Origin: Candidatus Marinacidobacterium sp.
Lineage (GTDB): Bacteria > Acidobacteriota > Vicinamibacteria > Marinacidobacterales > Marinacidobacteraceae
DNA: 64,000 nt
Direction of reading: 5' to 3'
Assembly (NCBI GenBank): GCA_965204755.1
Contig: OZ242011.1
Span: forward strand, 1,344,001 to 1,408,000
Shown here: piece after piece, positions 16,431 through 27,787 of the stretch
Numbering within the stretch: position 1 is the first letter of the stretch
How the letters are laid out: each line of letters opens with the position of its first letter
Notes under the pieces: generated by a model
Databases searched by the model: none
Told to the model about the DNA's origin: nothing
What the model saw: only the letters and a program-made list of their open reading frames with translations
Translations under genes and position numbers: made by a program

Positions 16431-16620
16431 GAGGAGAGTCACCGGGAGAAGAGTCGCCGGACCGGAGTCATCGGGCGAAGATCATGGGAGACGGGAGGAC
16501 CCGGGTCGAAACCGGCCGCATCCGTCCGCGGGGCTCCGCTCCCCCGGGGCGCCGCCGGGACACGCGGGGCCGGCGGAGGACCGGGGGCCGGGAGGCCGAT
16601 CGACACGAAGGCGATCCGCT

Positions 16621-16998
16621 CTACTTGATCTCGATCGTCGCGCCGACTTCGCTGAACTTCTCCTGGAGCGCTTTGGCTTCCTCCATCGGCACTGCTTCGC
16701 GAACCGCCTTGGGGGCTTCTTCGACGAGCGCCTTCGCTTCGCGCAGACCGAGACTGGTGGCCTCGCGTACCGCCTTGATGACCTTCACCTTGTTCGGACC
16801 GATCTCGGTGAGGACGGCGTCGAACTCGGTCTTCTCTTCGGCGGGGGCGGCGCCGTTCCCGGCGGCGACCGCCACCGGCATCGCCTGGGCGGCGGACACG
16901 CCGAGTTCTTCCTCGAGCGTCTTGACGAGTTCGGACAACTCGAGCACGGTGAGCGACTTGATGTGCTCGACCACATCCTGTTGGGTGAGGGTGGACAT
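16621..16998 (-). CDS. rplL: 50S ribosomal protein L7/L12
   Basis: [39 protein letters not shown]. Confidence 0.98.
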   Translation of the reverse strand: MSTLTQQDVVEHIKSLTVLELSELVKTLEEELGVSAAQAMPVAVAAGNGAAPAEEKTEFDAVLTEIGPNKVKVIKAVREATSLGLREAKALVEEAPKAVREAVPMEEAKALQEKFSEVGATIEIK

Positions 16999-17083
16999 GT
17001 TCTGACGACGACTCCTTAGCGGTTCGAAGCGGGGGGATCGCTGGGGATCGGGGTTCGGGCGCCCGGGGTTCGGGCGATCGGAA

Positions 17084-17608
17084 TCACGCGCTCTCCTCGG
17101 CCTTCTGCCGGGCGGCGCGGAGCACCAGGATGAGGTTTCTCGGTACGCCCTGGAGGACGCCGAGCAGGTTGCGGAGCGGGGCGGCGAGCGTGCCGACGAG
17201 TTGCGCTTCGAGTTGCTCCCGGCCGGGAAGTTTGGCCAAGGCCTCGAACTCGTCGGTCCCGACCGCCCGACTCGACACCACGCCGCCCTTGTAGGCGAGG
17301 GTGTCGAAATCGGCCATGCTCTCGTGAAGCGCCTTGGCGAGGCCCACCACATCCCCGTCGGACCAGGCGAGCCCGGTCATTCCGGTGAGGTGGTCGTCGA
17401 GGCCCTCGACGCCGGCGCCGCGAAACGCCCAACGGGCGGTGCTGTTCTTCACCACCCGGCAAACGCCGCCGGCGCCCCGGACCCGGCGCCGGAGGTCCGT
17501 GACTTCCGAGACGGTCATCCCCCGGAAATCGAAGGAGAAGATCGCCTGCGGCGTCTTCAGTTCTTCGGCCAGGTCGGCGGCGGCGCGGTGCTTGTCTTTG
17601 CGATGCAT
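17084..17608 (-). CDS. rplJ: 50S ribosomal protein L10
   Basis: [29 protein letters not shown]; position between rplA and rplL. Confidence 0.96.
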   Translation of the reverse strand: MHRKDKHRAAADLAEELKTPQAIFSFDFRGMTVSEVTDLRRRVRGAGGVCRVVKNSTARWAFRGAGVEGLDDHLTGMTGLAWSDGDVVGLAKALHESMADFDTLAYKGGVVSSRAVGTDEFEALAKLPGREQLEAQLVGTLAAPLRNLLGVLQGVPRNLILVLRAARQKAEESA

Positions 17609-17625
17609 GACTGCGGGGAAGAGGC

Positions 17626-18315
17626 CTAACGGGAGCCGACCATCGTCGGGTTGATGGAGAGCCCGGGCGTCATCGTGAGGCTGAGCGCCACGCTCTTGAT
17701 GTAGCGGCCCTTGGCGGCGGCCGGCTTCGCCCGGATCACGGCGGCCACGAAGGCCAGCGTGTTCTCCGCCAGGTTCTCGTCGGAGAAGGAGCGCTTGCCT
17801 ACCGGGGCGTGGATATTCGAGGTCTTGTCCACCCGGTAGTCCACCTTGCCGGCCTTGATCTCCCGGACCGCCTCGGCCACCTCGAAGGTCACCGTTCCCG
17901 ACTTCGGGTTCGGCATCAGACCGCGGGGGCCGAGGATGCGCCCCAACTTGCCGACGGCCCGCATCATGTCGGGGGTGGCCACGACGGCTTCGAAGTCGAG
18001 GAAGCCGCCCTGGATCTTCTCCACCAGGTCGTCGCCGCCCACGAGGTCGGCGCCGGCGTCTTCGGCCTCCTTCGCCCGTTCGCCGGAGGCGATCACCGCC
18101 ACGCGCCGGGAGATCCCGAGACCGTGCGGGAGGACGATGGAGCCGCGCACCATCTGGTCCGCGTGGCGCGGATCCACCCCGAGCCGCATCGCGATCTCCG
18201 CGGTCTCGTCGAACCGGGCGAAACTCGCTTCGCGCAGCGCGGCGAACACTTCCGGAAGGGTCTCGAAACTCGCGCCGGCGAGTTTTTCGCGAGCCGCCCG
18301 GTACTTGTTGCCCAT
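17626..18315 (-). CDS. rplA: 50S ribosomal protein L1
   Basis: RFDETAE...[31 protein letters not shown]. Confidence 0.98.
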   Translation of the reverse strand: MGNKYRAAREKLAGASFETLPEVFAALREASFARFDETAEIAMRLGVDPRHADQMVRGSIVLPHGLGISRRVAVIASGERAKEAEDAGADLVGGDDLVEKIQGGFLDFEAVVATPDMMRAVGKLGRILGPRGLMPNPKSGTVTFEVAEAVREIKAGKVDYRVDKTSNIHAPVGKRSFSDENLAENTLAFVAAVIRAKPAAAKGRYIKSVALSLTMTPGLSINPTMVGSR

Positions 18316-18329
18316 CTCGCCGCCCCCCG

Positions 18330-18788
18330 TCAGTTGCTCGCCGCGGCCTCGCCGAGGCCGGTGACTTCGATACCCATGCTCCGCGCCGTGCCCATGACGA
18401 TCCGGCGGGCGGCTTCGAGGTCGGCTGCGTTGAGATCGGGCAACTTGATCTTGGCGATCTCGTCCACCTGGTCGCGGGACACCGAGCCCACCCGGTTCCG
18501 GTTCGGCTCGCCCGAGCCCTTGGCGATGCCGGCCGCCCGCTTCAGGAGGGCCGCCGCCGGGGGCGTCTTCGTGATGAAACTGAAGGAACGGTCCTTGTAC
18601 ACCGTCACCACGCACGGAACGATCATGCCGGCGTCCTTCTGCGTTTCGGCGTTGAACGCCTTGCAAAAGTCCATGATGTTGATTCCGTGCTGACCGAGCG
18701 CCGGCCCGACCGGAGGCGCCGGGGTGGCCTTGCCGCCGGGCAGTTGGATCTTGGCGATGCCGAGTATCGGCTTCGACGGACGGGCCAT
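18330..18788 (-). CDS. rplK: 50S ribosomal protein L11
   Basis: [33 protein letters not shown]. Confidence 0.98.
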   Translation of the reverse strand: MARPSKPILGIAKIQLPGGKATPAPPVGPALGQHGINIMDFCKAFNAETQKDAGMIVPCVVTVYKDRSFSFITKTPPAAALLKRAAGIAKGSGEPNRNRVGSVSRDQVDEIAKIKLPDLNAADLEAARRIVMGTARSMGIEVTGLGEAAASN

Positions 18789-18836
18789 GGCGGGGATTCC
18801 TGGGGTCTTCGAGTGCTCGGGGCGGTCGCGGCTACT

Positions 18837-18913
18837 TCAGATCTCTTCTTCAGATCTTTTCGACCTCAGATCTTCTCGACCTCAGATCTTCTCGACCTCA
18901 GATCTTCTCGACC
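18837..18913. repeat. Tandem 16-bp repeat TCAGATCTTCTCGACC (four copies plus one degenerate copy) matching the 3' end of nusG
   Basis: Copies at 18850 (one mismatch), 18866, 18882 and 18898; degenerate copy at 18837. Confidence 0.95.
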
Positions 18914-19425
18914 TCGAGGAATTCGAGTTCGACCGGGGTGGCTCGCCCGAAGATGGTCACCATGACCTTCAACCGGCTGCGCTCCTGCTGGACTTCATCC
19001 ACCACGCCGTGGAAACTGCTGAACGGCCCGTGGATGATGCGTACGGACTCGCCCGGCTCGAAGGTGTGCTTGAGTTTCGGGCGCTCGCTGTCATCTTTCA
19101 TCTGCGTCCGGATGCGTTCCACCTCTTCGGTGTCCATGGGCTGCGGCTTGTGCGGCGGCACGAACCCCATGACCTTGTCGGTGTTCTTGACCATCTGCCA
19201 GGTGTCCGCGTTCATCTCCATGTTCACGAGCACATAGCCGGGGTACACCTGCTTCGTGGTCACGACCCGCCGGCCGCCCTTCATCTCGACCACCTTTTCG
19301 GTCGGGATGAGGATGTCACCGAACTTTTCGCTGAGGTCGTAGGCCTTGGCCCGGTGCACCAACGACTCCTTGACATGCTCCTCGAACTTGGAGTGCGTGG
19401 AAACGATGAACCATTCCATGCCCAT
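18898..19425 (-). CDS. nusG: Transcription termination/antitermination factor NusG
   Basis: WFIVSTHS...[12 protein letters not shown] motif [23 protein letters not shown]. Confidence 0.97.
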   Translation of the reverse strand: MGMEWFIVSTHSKFEEHVKESLVHRAKAYDLSEKFGDILIPTEKVVEMKGGRRVVTTKQVYPGYVLVNMEMNADTWQMVKNTDKVMGFVPPHKPQPMDTEEVERIRTQMKDDSERPKLKHTFEPGESVRIIHGPFSSFHGVVDEVQQERSRLKVMVTIFGRATPVELEFLEVEKI

Positions 19426-19430
19426 GGCGG

Positions 19431-19643
19431 TCACCCGGTGATCAGGTTCGTGATGAACGCCGAGACATAGGACATCGCGATGTCCAGCCCGTACAGGTAG
19501 AACCCGAAGAAAAAGACCGTGATGAGCACGATGATCGTCGTGCCGCGGACCTCGTTCCGGGTCGGCCAGGTCACCTTGCCCACTTCGGTTCGCACCGCGG
19601 TGAGGAAGGTGCGCGCGGCGCCGGCGCGTTCGAGCACGCTCAT
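19431..19643 (-). CDS. secE: Preprotein translocase subunit SecE
   Basis: EVGKVTWPTRNE followed by one TM helix; between tRNA-Trp and nusG. Confidence 0.95.
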   Translation of the reverse strand: MSVLERAGAARTFLTAVRTEVGKVTWPTRNEVRGTTIIVLITVFFFGFYLYGLDIAMSYVSAFITNLITG

Positions 19644-19688
19644 CGCCGCCCCCCGGAGTGAGCCGGCCATCGCGGGTCGAGCGCGGGG

Positions 19689-19764
19689 TGGCAGGCCAGG
19701 AGGGGATCGAACCCACAACCCCCGGTTTTGGAGACCGGTGCTCTGCCGATTGAGCTACTGGCCT
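19689..19764 (-). tRNA. tRNA-Trp (CCA)
   Basis: Cloverleaf AGGCCAG...CTGGCCT-G-CCA, anticodon loop CTCCAAA, T-loop GTTCGAT. Confidence 0.97.
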
Positions 19765-19872
19765 TCCCACCCCTCGCGCCCGGCGAGGACGGTTCGAACG
19801 ACGGCGCCGAGGCGGAGGTTCGCCGAAGGGACGCCGCCGGCGGCAGCGGCCGGACGAGGGCCGACTGTCGGG

Positions 19873-20037
19873 TCACTTGGTCTCCCGGTGCAGCACATGC
19901 CCGCGGCAGAAGCGGCAGAACTTCCTGAGTTCCATCCGGCCCGGGTGTTTCGCGCGGTTCTTGGTGGTGGAGTAGGTGCGCCGCCGGCAATCGGTGCAGG
20001 CCAGGGTGACGATCAGCCGTTTCCGGTCGCGGGCCAT
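19873..20037 (-). CDS. rpmG: 50S ribosomal protein L33, Zn-binding form (absent from the ORF track)
   Basis: Manual translation: MARDRKRLIVTLACTDCRRRTYSTTKNRAKHPGRMELRKFCRFCRGHVLHRETK. Confidence 0.96.
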   Translation of the reverse strand: MARDRKRLIVTLACTDCRRRTYSTTKNRAKHPGRMELRKFCRFCRGHVLHRETK

Positions 20038-20176
20038 GGACGGACCTCAGGAGGCGGACGGCGCGAGGACGGCCGGGACCGGCCCCGCCCGGAAGCGCGT
20101 CACGATGTCGTCTCCGGAGCGGTGGCTTCGAGTCGGGGCTTCGAGTCGGGGCGTCGAGTCTGGGAGGGCGCCGGAA

Positions 20177-21364
<1,188 letters not shown>

Positions 21365-21465
21365 GATGAAGGGTCTCCTTGCCGGCGAGTTCGGAAGTCA
21401 GAGGATCCCGGCGATGGTCACCCGCGCGCCGAAGGAGGCGGCGGGCCCGGGAGCGGGAACGGGAG

Positions 21466-21540
<75 letters not shown>

Positions 21541-21603
21541 GAAAGGGCGATCCGGCGAGCCGCGACTCCCCGGAGGCGCCGCCTCCGGGCCCGCCCGGAC
21601 GGG

Positions 21604-21679
21604 TGGAGCGGGAGACGGGGTTCGAACCCGCGACCCTCAGCTTGGAAGGCTGATGCTCTGCCAACTGAGCTACTCCCGC
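21604..21679 (-). tRNA. tRNA-Gly (TCC)
   Basis: GCGGGAG...CTCCCGC-T-CCA, anticodon loop CTTCCAA. Confidence 0.97.
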
Positions 21680-21883
21680 GGAGCACCCGGCGCGAGGCGG
21701 GATGGCGCCCGCGGTCTTCGGGAAGGGCATGAGGGATGGACGGACGGTGGGCCGGAGCGAAGGGGAGGGGCGGGAAGCGACGGTGTTGCGGTTTCGGCGG
21801 GGCGGAGGCGGCGGGTTTCGGGAAGGGCGGGAGCGGTCGGAGGGGGCGGTTGGAGCGAAGGCGGCGGGGGAGCGGGCCGGCGG

Positions 21884-21966
21884 TGGAGCGGGGAGGATTC
21901 GAACCTCCGAAGGCAGATGCCGGCAGGTTTACAGCCTGCTGCGTTTGGCCGCTTCGCTACCACTCC
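21884..21966 (-). tRNA. tRNA-Tyr (GTA), CCA not encoded
   Basis: GGAGTGG...CCGCTCC-A, loop CTGTAAA, long variable arm. Confidence 0.95.
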
Positions 21967-22204
21967 GGGCGCCGCCGCGCCGGCTCACCGGGGCGCCCAG
22001 GCGGACCGGAGCCGGCGGAAGCAGCGGGATGCGGAACGGCGAACCGTCGGTCGGGATGACGATTCGCGGGAGGGTTCCGGGGGCGGACCGACCGGTGGCC
22101 CGCCCCGGATCAGCCGGCCCGGGCGCGCCCTCTCGCCCCGGCGCCCGGCAGCGTCCGCGTGAGCGCGCCGAAGCGACGACTCCCGAAACCGGACCTGAAC
22201 CCGG

Positions 22205-22277
22205 GGCTGGCGAAGGGACTTGAACCCTTGACCGGCTGATTACAAATCAGCTGCTCTGCCTCCTGAGCTACGCCAGC
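22205..22277 (-). tRNA. tRNA-Thr (TGT), CCA not encoded
   Basis: GCTGGCG...CGCCAGC, arm GCTGA-TTTGTAA-TCAGC. Confidence 0.95.
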
Positions 22278-22296
22278 GAGCACCGGCGAACAAGTG

Positions 22297-22326
22297 ATTA
22301 TAGAGCCGCCGGAACACGCCTGTCAA
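22297..22326 (-). promoter_or_regulatory. Consensus sigma70 promoter for the tRNA-tuf operon
   Basis: TTGACA (22326-22321), 18-nt spacer, TATAAT (22302-22297); the -35 box overlaps the rlmB stop codon. Confidence 0.9.
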
Positions 22327-23315
22327 GAACGATTCCCGCTACCCGGCCGCGGCCCGGTCCGGGCGGCGTCCGCGCGCGCTCCGACGGCCTCTCCGCCGCC
22401 CGGCGCCGACTCCGGCTCTTCACCCGAGGCGGCCGCTCCCGGGGCGCGCCCCTTCCTCTCCCCCCGTTGGCGCAGCGCCTCGTAGAGCGCGATTCCGGCG
22501 GCGACGGAGACATTGAGCGACCGCGCGGTTCCGCGCTGGGGCAGCGAGAGCAGCGCGTCGCACCGCTTGGAAACCCCGGGGCGCAAGCCGCGGCCCTCGC
22601 CCCCCACCACCAGCGCAACGCGCTGGGTCCAGTCGAACTCGTGCCACCGGGCCGACCCCTTGGGGGACAGGCCGACGGTCCAGAATCCCGCCTGCCGCAG
22701 CGCCAGCAGCGCCGACGCCGCTCCCGGCACCCGGACGAGCCGCGCCGCGGCGAGCGCCCCCGAGGACGCCGCCACCGCGGCCGCCGAAGGAGGAGCGGCG
22801 CCCCGACGGGGCGCCAGCACCGCGTCCACGCCGGCGCCGTCGGCGGTGCGGACCAGCGCGCCGAAGTTCCGAGGGTCTTCGATCCGGTCGAGCACGAGCA
22901 GCAGGTCGGGCGGCGGGTCGGCGGCCAGGACCTCCGGGAGGCTCCGCCAGCGAACGGGCGAGGTCTCGCAGGCGGCGCCCTGGTGCCGGGCGCCTCCGGC
23001 GGCCGCGGCCAGCCGCTCGAGTTCCTCGTTCGGCGCCCGGGTCAGGCGCACCCCCCGGGCGCGGGCGATCTTGAGGAGCGCCCGGTGCCGCGCTTCGAGC
23101 CGCCCGGTGCGCAGGATCACCCGCCGCACCTGTTCCGGGATCGTCTGCACGGTCTCCGCCACCCGAGCGGGCCCGAAGATCCAGGTCGCTGCCGGAGCCG
23201 GTTCGGGCGGTCCCCCGGAAGGCCGCCCGGCGGCGGCTCGCGCCCCGGCCCGCCGGCCGGGCCCGCCGCCGCTCGGCCGCCGCCCTCCCGAACTTCGGTC
23301 GGTGGTCCCGCTCAC
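22323..23315 (-). CDS. rlmB: 23S rRNA Gm2251 methyltransferase (TrmH/SpoU family)
   Basis: LDRIEDPRNFGALVRTA, VGGEGRGL, SLNVSVAAGIALYE; GTG overlaps the ispDF stop, start uncertain. Confidence 0.88.
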   Translation of the reverse strand: MSGTTDRSSGGRRPSGGGPGRRAGARAAAGRPSGGPPEPAPAATWIFGPARVAETVQTIPEQVRRVILRTGRLEARHRALLKIARARGVRLTRAPNEELERLAAAAGGARHQGAACETSPVRWRSLPEVLAADPPPDLLLVLDRIEDPRNFGALVRTADGAGVDAVLAPRRGAAPPSAAAVAASSGALAAARLVRVPGAASALLALRQAGFWTVGLSPKGSARWHEFDWTQRVALVVGGEGRGLRPGVSKRCDALLSLPQRGTARSLNVSVAAGIALYEALRQRGERKGRAPGAAASGEEPESAPGGGEAVGARADAARTGPRPGSGNRS

Positions 23316-24646
23316 CCCGGCCCCGAGTCGCCGCCCGGCGCGCCTGCCGGCGCGGCGGCATCCAACCGGACGAGCGCCTGCGCCGCCAACCCTTCCCCGC
23401 GCCCGGTCCAGCCCATGCCGTCGGTGGTCGTGGCCTTGAGACCCACGGAACTCGGCGGGATCCCCAGGAGCCGGGCGACGGACGCGCGCACCTCGTCCCG
23501 CTTCGGCCCGAGGCGCGGCCGCTCGCCGATGAGCGTGAGGTCCGCCTGGCCGGGCGCATGACCGGCGGCGGCGGCGACCTCCACCGCCCGGGCGACGAAC
23601 CGGCCGCTCGCCGCGCCTCGCAGCCGCTCGTCGGTCGAAGGGAAGAGGGCCCCGATGTCCGGAGCGCCGACCGCGCCGAGCACCGCGTCGGTGAGGGCGT
23701 GGAGGAGCGCGTCCCCGTCGGAGTGGCCGAGGAGGGCCGGCGTTCCCGGGAAGGCGACGCCCCCGAGCCTCAGCGTGCCGGTCTCGCCGAACCGATGCGC
23801 GTCGAAGCCGAACCCCAGCCGGGGAGGCGGTCCGCCGGGCCGCGAGGGACCGAACCGACCGCGCAGCGCCTCCAGGTCGGCGGGCGTCGTCACCTTCGAG
23901 TTCCGGGAATCGCCGGCCACCGCCGCCACCGGATGCCCGGCGAAGCGCGCCAGCGATGCCTCGTCGGTTCCGGCGAAGCCGCTCCGCTCGGCGGCGGCGA
24001 GCGCCTCGGCGAGCACCTCGCGGCGAAAGCACTGCGGCGTCTGCGCCGCCCCCGCGTCCTCGCGGGGGATCACCTCGGCGAGCCGCCGCCCCTCCGCCCC
24101 GTTGCCGGAAGCCACCCGGAACAGGGTGTCCGTCGGGGTGACGACCGGCGCCGCCGCCCCGTGCCGCGCCGCCGCCCGGAACACCTCCGCGACGAGATCG
24201 GCGGCAGCCGCAGGACGGGCGCCATCGTGTACGGCGATCAACTCCCCCGCCTCTTCCCCCGTCGCCGCCCCCTCCGCCGCCCCCTCCGCCGCGTTCCGCG
24301 CCGCCGGACCGCCGACCCCGAGAGCGTCGAGGCCCCGCCGCACCGACTCCTGGCGCGTCGCGCCGCCGGCGCAGAACCGCACGCGATCGTCGGCGGCAGC
24401 CAAGAACGGCTCGACGCGCTCCCGCCATCCGGAAAAACCGGTCTTCGGCAGGACGACCGCCACCCGGCGGACACCGGGCGCCGCGAGCATCGCCTCGGCG
24501 GCGTGCACCAGCAGCGGCCGGCCGGCGAGCGGGAGGAACTGCTTCGGCGCCGGCGCCTGTCCCCCGGCGGCGTAGCGAACGCCGGAACCGGCGGCGGCCA
24601 CGACGGCGTCGGCCGGGGGCGCCGGGCGGGGCGAGGCCGGCTTCAT
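23312..24646 (-). CDS. ispDF: Bifunctional IspD/IspF
   Basis: AAGSG...PKQF, GGATRQESV, VHDGARP, QTPQ, then GFGFDAHRF, GHSDGDALLHALTDA. Confidence 0.93.
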   Translation of the reverse strand: MKPASPRPAPPADAVVAAAGSGVRYAAGGQAPAPKQFLPLAGRPLLVHAAEAMLAAPGVRRVAVVLPKTGFSGWRERVEPFLAAADDRVRFCAGGATRQESVRRGLDALGVGGPAARNAAEGAAEGAATGEEAGELIAVHDGARPAAAADLVAEVFRAAARHGAAAPVVTPTDTLFRVASGNGAEGRRLAEVIPREDAGAAQTPQCFRREVLAEALAAAERSGFAGTDEASLARFAGHPVAAVAGDSRNSKVTTPADLEALRGRFGPSRPGGPPPRLGFGFDAHRFGETGTLRLGGVAFPGTPALLGHSDGDALLHALTDAVLGAVGAPDIGALFPSTDERLRGAASGRFVARAVEVAAAAGHAPGQADLTLIGERPRLGPKRDEVRASVARLLGIPPSSVGLKATTTDGMGWTGRGEGLAAQALVRLDAAAPAGAPGGDSGPG

Positions 24647-24660
24647 CGCGTCCTCCCCCG

Positions 24661-26049
24661 TCAAAAGGCCGCCGCGAAGGCGGCGCCCAACCGGGTCACC
24701 GGGACGATCTCGAGACCTCGCGGCAGTTCGGAGCGGCGCAGTTTCCCGGGGTTGAGAAGCGCCCGGCGAAACCCCAGGCGAAACGCCTCCTTGAGCCGCA
24801 GCGCGGCCCGGTGCACCGGCCGCACTTCGCCGGAGAGGCCGACTTCGCCGAGGAACACCGCGGCTTCGGGGAGCGCCCGGTCGCGCCTGCGGGAGACCAC
24901 GGCGGCCAGCAGGCCGAGGTCGGCGGCCGGCTCGGTGACCGCGAGCCCGCCGGTCACCGAGATGTACACATCGCTCCGCGAGAGTCCGCCGCCGCCGTTC
25001 GATTCGAGGACGGCGAGCAGCACCGCGAGTCGTCCGCTGTCGAAGCCGACGGTCACCCGGCGGGGGTAGGCGAGCGGACTCTCCGCCATGAGCGCCTGGA
25101 CTTCGGCGAGGATGGGCCGCTGGCCCTGCAGCGTCGAGATCACCGCCGAACCCGGTTTCGGCCCGTCGTCGCCGGCCAGGAACAGTTGCGACGGGTTCTC
25201 CACCGGGACCAGCCCCCGCTCGGTCATCTCGAAGACGCCGAGTTCCCCCGCCGGGCCGAAGCGGTTCTTCACCGCCCGCAGCAGCCGGTGCGACTCCCGC
25301 CGATCCCCCTCGAAGTAGAGGACGGTGTCCACGATGTGTTCGAGCGCCCGCGGGCCGGCGACGCCGCCGTCCTTGTTCACCTGGCCGACCAGATAGACCG
25401 GCGTGGTGGTGCGCTTCCCGTAGAGGACCAGCGCCGAGGCCGCCTCCCGCACCTGGCTGATCGTGCCCGGAGCGCCGGTGACCGCCGGCGTATGGACGCA
25501 CTGCACGGAGTCGAGCACCAGCAGGCGGGGCTTCAGGGTCTCCGCCGCTTCGAGGATGCGCGGGACCTCGGTGGCGGAATACAGGAAGAGCGACTCCGGC
25601 GCCACGCCCAACCGCTCTCCCCGGAGTTTCAGTTGGTGCTCCGACTCCTCGCCGCTGACATACAGCACCGGCGCCCCGCCCGCCGCGGCGGCGGCGGCGA
25701 GTTGGAGCAGGAGGGTGCTCTTCCCCGCGCCCGGTTCGCCGGCCACCAGCACCGCCGAGCCCGGCGCCACGCCGCCCCCGAGCACGCGGTCGAATTCGCT
25801 GATCCCGGACGAAGGGCGCGGCCCGGTGTCCGCCGCGACTTCCTTCCAGGGAGTCGGCGCCGCTTCGTTGCCCGAGAGCGCCGCCGCCGCGCCGCGCCAG
25901 CCGCCTGCCGCGGCGGCGGCCGGCGGCGGCGAGGACGGCGCCTTCACCAGGGGGGTGCGCGCCCGGCAGGCCGGGCAATACCCCAACCAGCCGGACTGTT
26001 CGTGCCCGCACTCCGGGCAGAAGAAGCGGTCGGCGGGGGGTTTCGGCAC
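24661..26049 (-). CDS. radA: DNA repair protein RadA/Sms
   Basis: CPECG...CPAC Zn finger, GEPGAGKST, KNRFG. Confidence 0.97.
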   Translation of the reverse strand: MPKPPADRFFCPECGHEQSGWLGYCPACRARTPLVKAPSSPPPAAAAAGGWRGAAAALSGNEAAPTPWKEVAADTGPRPSSGISEFDRVLGGGVAPGSAVLVAGEPGAGKSTLLLQLAAAAAAGGAPVLYVSGEESEHQLKLRGERLGVAPESLFLYSATEVPRILEAAETLKPRLLVLDSVQCVHTPAVTGAPGTISQVREAASALVLYGKRTTTPVYLVGQVNKDGGVAGPRALEHIVDTVLYFEGDRRESHRLLRAVKNRFGPAGELGVFEMTERGLVPVENPSQLFLAGDDGPKPGSAVISTLQGQRPILAEVQALMAESPLAYPRRVTVGFDSGRLAVLLAVLESNGGGGLSRSDVYISVTGGLAVTEPAADLGLLAAVVSRRRDRALPEAAVFLGEVGLSGEVRPVHRAALRLKEAFRLGFRRALLNPGKLRRSELPRGLEIVPVTRLGAAFAAAF

Positions 26050-26055
26050 GGGCCC

Positions 26056-27528
26056 TCAGAACCCCGGGTCGTCCGCGGGGTGCGGCGGGAAGTCCGCTTC
26101 GGGAGGCGCCTCGTCCGGGTACCCGGGCGCCGGTTCGAGGGCGTCACCGGCCGCCGGGGCGCCCTCCCCGCCGCCGACCGCCGACGGGTCTTCGATGGGG
26201 AGGAACCGGGTGAAGCGGTCGAGCCAGGCGAGCCGGACGACTCCCGTGGGGCCGTTCCGGTTCTTGGCCACCATCACCCGCCGGACCGGCGGCCCCTGCT
26301 CCACGGGCGGGCCGTCGCCGCCGCCGTCCCGCGGCGCCGACCTCCGCTCCCGGTGGATGAAGAGGACGATGTCCGCATCCTGCTCGAGCGCCCCGGATTC
26401 CCGGAGGTCCGAGAGGCGGGGGGCGGTGGCGTCCCGTTGCTCCGGCGCCCGGCTCAGTTGGGAGAGGGCGAGCACCGGGACATCGAGTTCCTTCGCCAGG
26501 AGTTTCAGCGAGCGGCTGATCTCGGCGATCTCCAGGTTCCGGTTTTCGAACCTCCGGTCGCCGCTCTGGCCGGCGTGCATGAGTTGCAGGTAGTCCACCA
26601 CGATCAGGTCGAGCCCGGGGTCGCGCCGGAGTTGGCGGGCCTTCGATCTGAGTTCGACCGGGGTGACCGTCGAGTCGTCCACCCGGATCGGAAGCGCGCG
26701 GAACACCTCGTTGGCGTTGCGGATCTTCCGCCGATCCTCCGCGGAGAGCATTCCCGGTTGGGAGAGCGGCCGGGCGTCCACCTGGGCGTGGGAGAAGAGC
26801 AGCCGGATGGCGATCTGCCGCACCGGCATCTCGAGGCTGAAGACCAGCACCTGGTGGCCGTGGAGGGCGGCGGCCAGGCTGATGTTCAGGGCCAGACTGG
26901 TCTTGCCCTCTCCCGGACGCGCCCCGAGCAGGATGAGGTCGGAGGGCCGCAGCCCGCCCATGAGGTCGTCGAGCACCGGCAGGCCGGTGCGGATGCCGGG
27001 GAAGGCGTCGCGCTGCCGCTGGGCCTCCTCGGCGATCGGGGCGGCCGCCTCGCCGATGGGCACCGGCGCTCCGGTCTGGAAGCCCTCGGCGATGGCGAAG
27101 AGGCTCTTCTCCGCCTCCTCGAGGAGCGTTCGCGGCTCCTGCTTGCCGACCTCCTGGGTGATCCGGCTGCCGTAGCGGTGGAGTTTGCGGGCGAGCGCGT
27201 GGCCGCCGACGATCCCGGCGTACTCCGCCGCGTTGGTGGAGAGCGCCAGCCCGTCGAAGAGTTCGGCGAGGAACCCGACCCCTCCGGCGGCTTCGAGGGA
27301 TCCGTCGCGGTCCAGCCGGGCGCGGAGCGTGACGAGGTCGATCGGCTCCTGGTCGTCGTCGAGCGAGCAGACCGCCTCGAAGACCCGCCGGTGGCGGCTG
27401 TCGTAGAAGTCGGCGGCGGCCACGACCTGCCGGACCGCGTCCAGTTGCCGGCGGTCGAGGAGCACGGCGCCGAGCACCGCCCGCTCGGCGGCGTGGTCGT
27501 ACGGGAGACGCGCCGCCGCTTCCGGCAT
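26056..27528 (-). CDS. dnaB: Replicative DNA helicase
   Basis: AERAVLGAVL, GARPGEGKT, VVDYLQLM, LSDLRESGALEQDAD, AKNRNGPTG; no intein. Confidence 0.97.
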   Translation of the reverse strand: MPEAAARLPYDHAAERAVLGAVLLDRRQLDAVRQVVAAADFYDSRHRRVFEAVCSLDDDQEPIDLVTLRARLDRDGSLEAAGGVGFLAELFDGLALSTNAAEYAGIVGGHALARKLHRYGSRITQEVGKQEPRTLLEEAEKSLFAIAEGFQTGAPVPIGEAAAPIAEEAQRQRDAFPGIRTGLPVLDDLMGGLRPSDLILLGARPGEGKTSLALNISLAAALHGHQVLVFSLEMPVRQIAIRLLFSHAQVDARPLSQPGMLSAEDRRKIRNANEVFRALPIRVDDSTVTPVELRSKARQLRRDPGLDLIVVDYLQLMHAGQSGDRRFENRNLEIAEISRSLKLLAKELDVPVLALSQLSRAPEQRDATAPRLSDLRESGALEQDADIVLFIHRERRSAPRDGGGDGPPVEQGPPVRRVMVAKNRNGPTGVVRLAWLDRFTRFLPIEDPSAVGGGEGAPAAGDALEPAPGYPDEAPPEADFPPHPADDPGF

Positions 27529-27787
27529 GGGGAAGTGTCCGGCGCCGCCCTCAGGCGAAGGGTCGGACGGCGGACGCCCGGATCGGGGCCGCGGCCGGCG
27601 GCCGGAAGGGGGAACGCCGGAGTTCGCCGGCCGAAAGTCCACGGAGCGCCCGTCGGCGCGAAGCGCCGACCCGGGAGGGGTGCGGGGAGAGGCTGTCCCC
27701 CTCCCCGCGAAAGACGGCGGGGCGAATCGCGCAGCGATTCGGCCCGGCGCCCGGCGGACCGGGGCCCCGGGTCAACGGCCGCCGGCC

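Noticed and set aside
18837-18913. Possible CRISPR array
   Set aside because: The units are directly adjacent with no spacers, match the nusG 3' end, and no cas genes are present.
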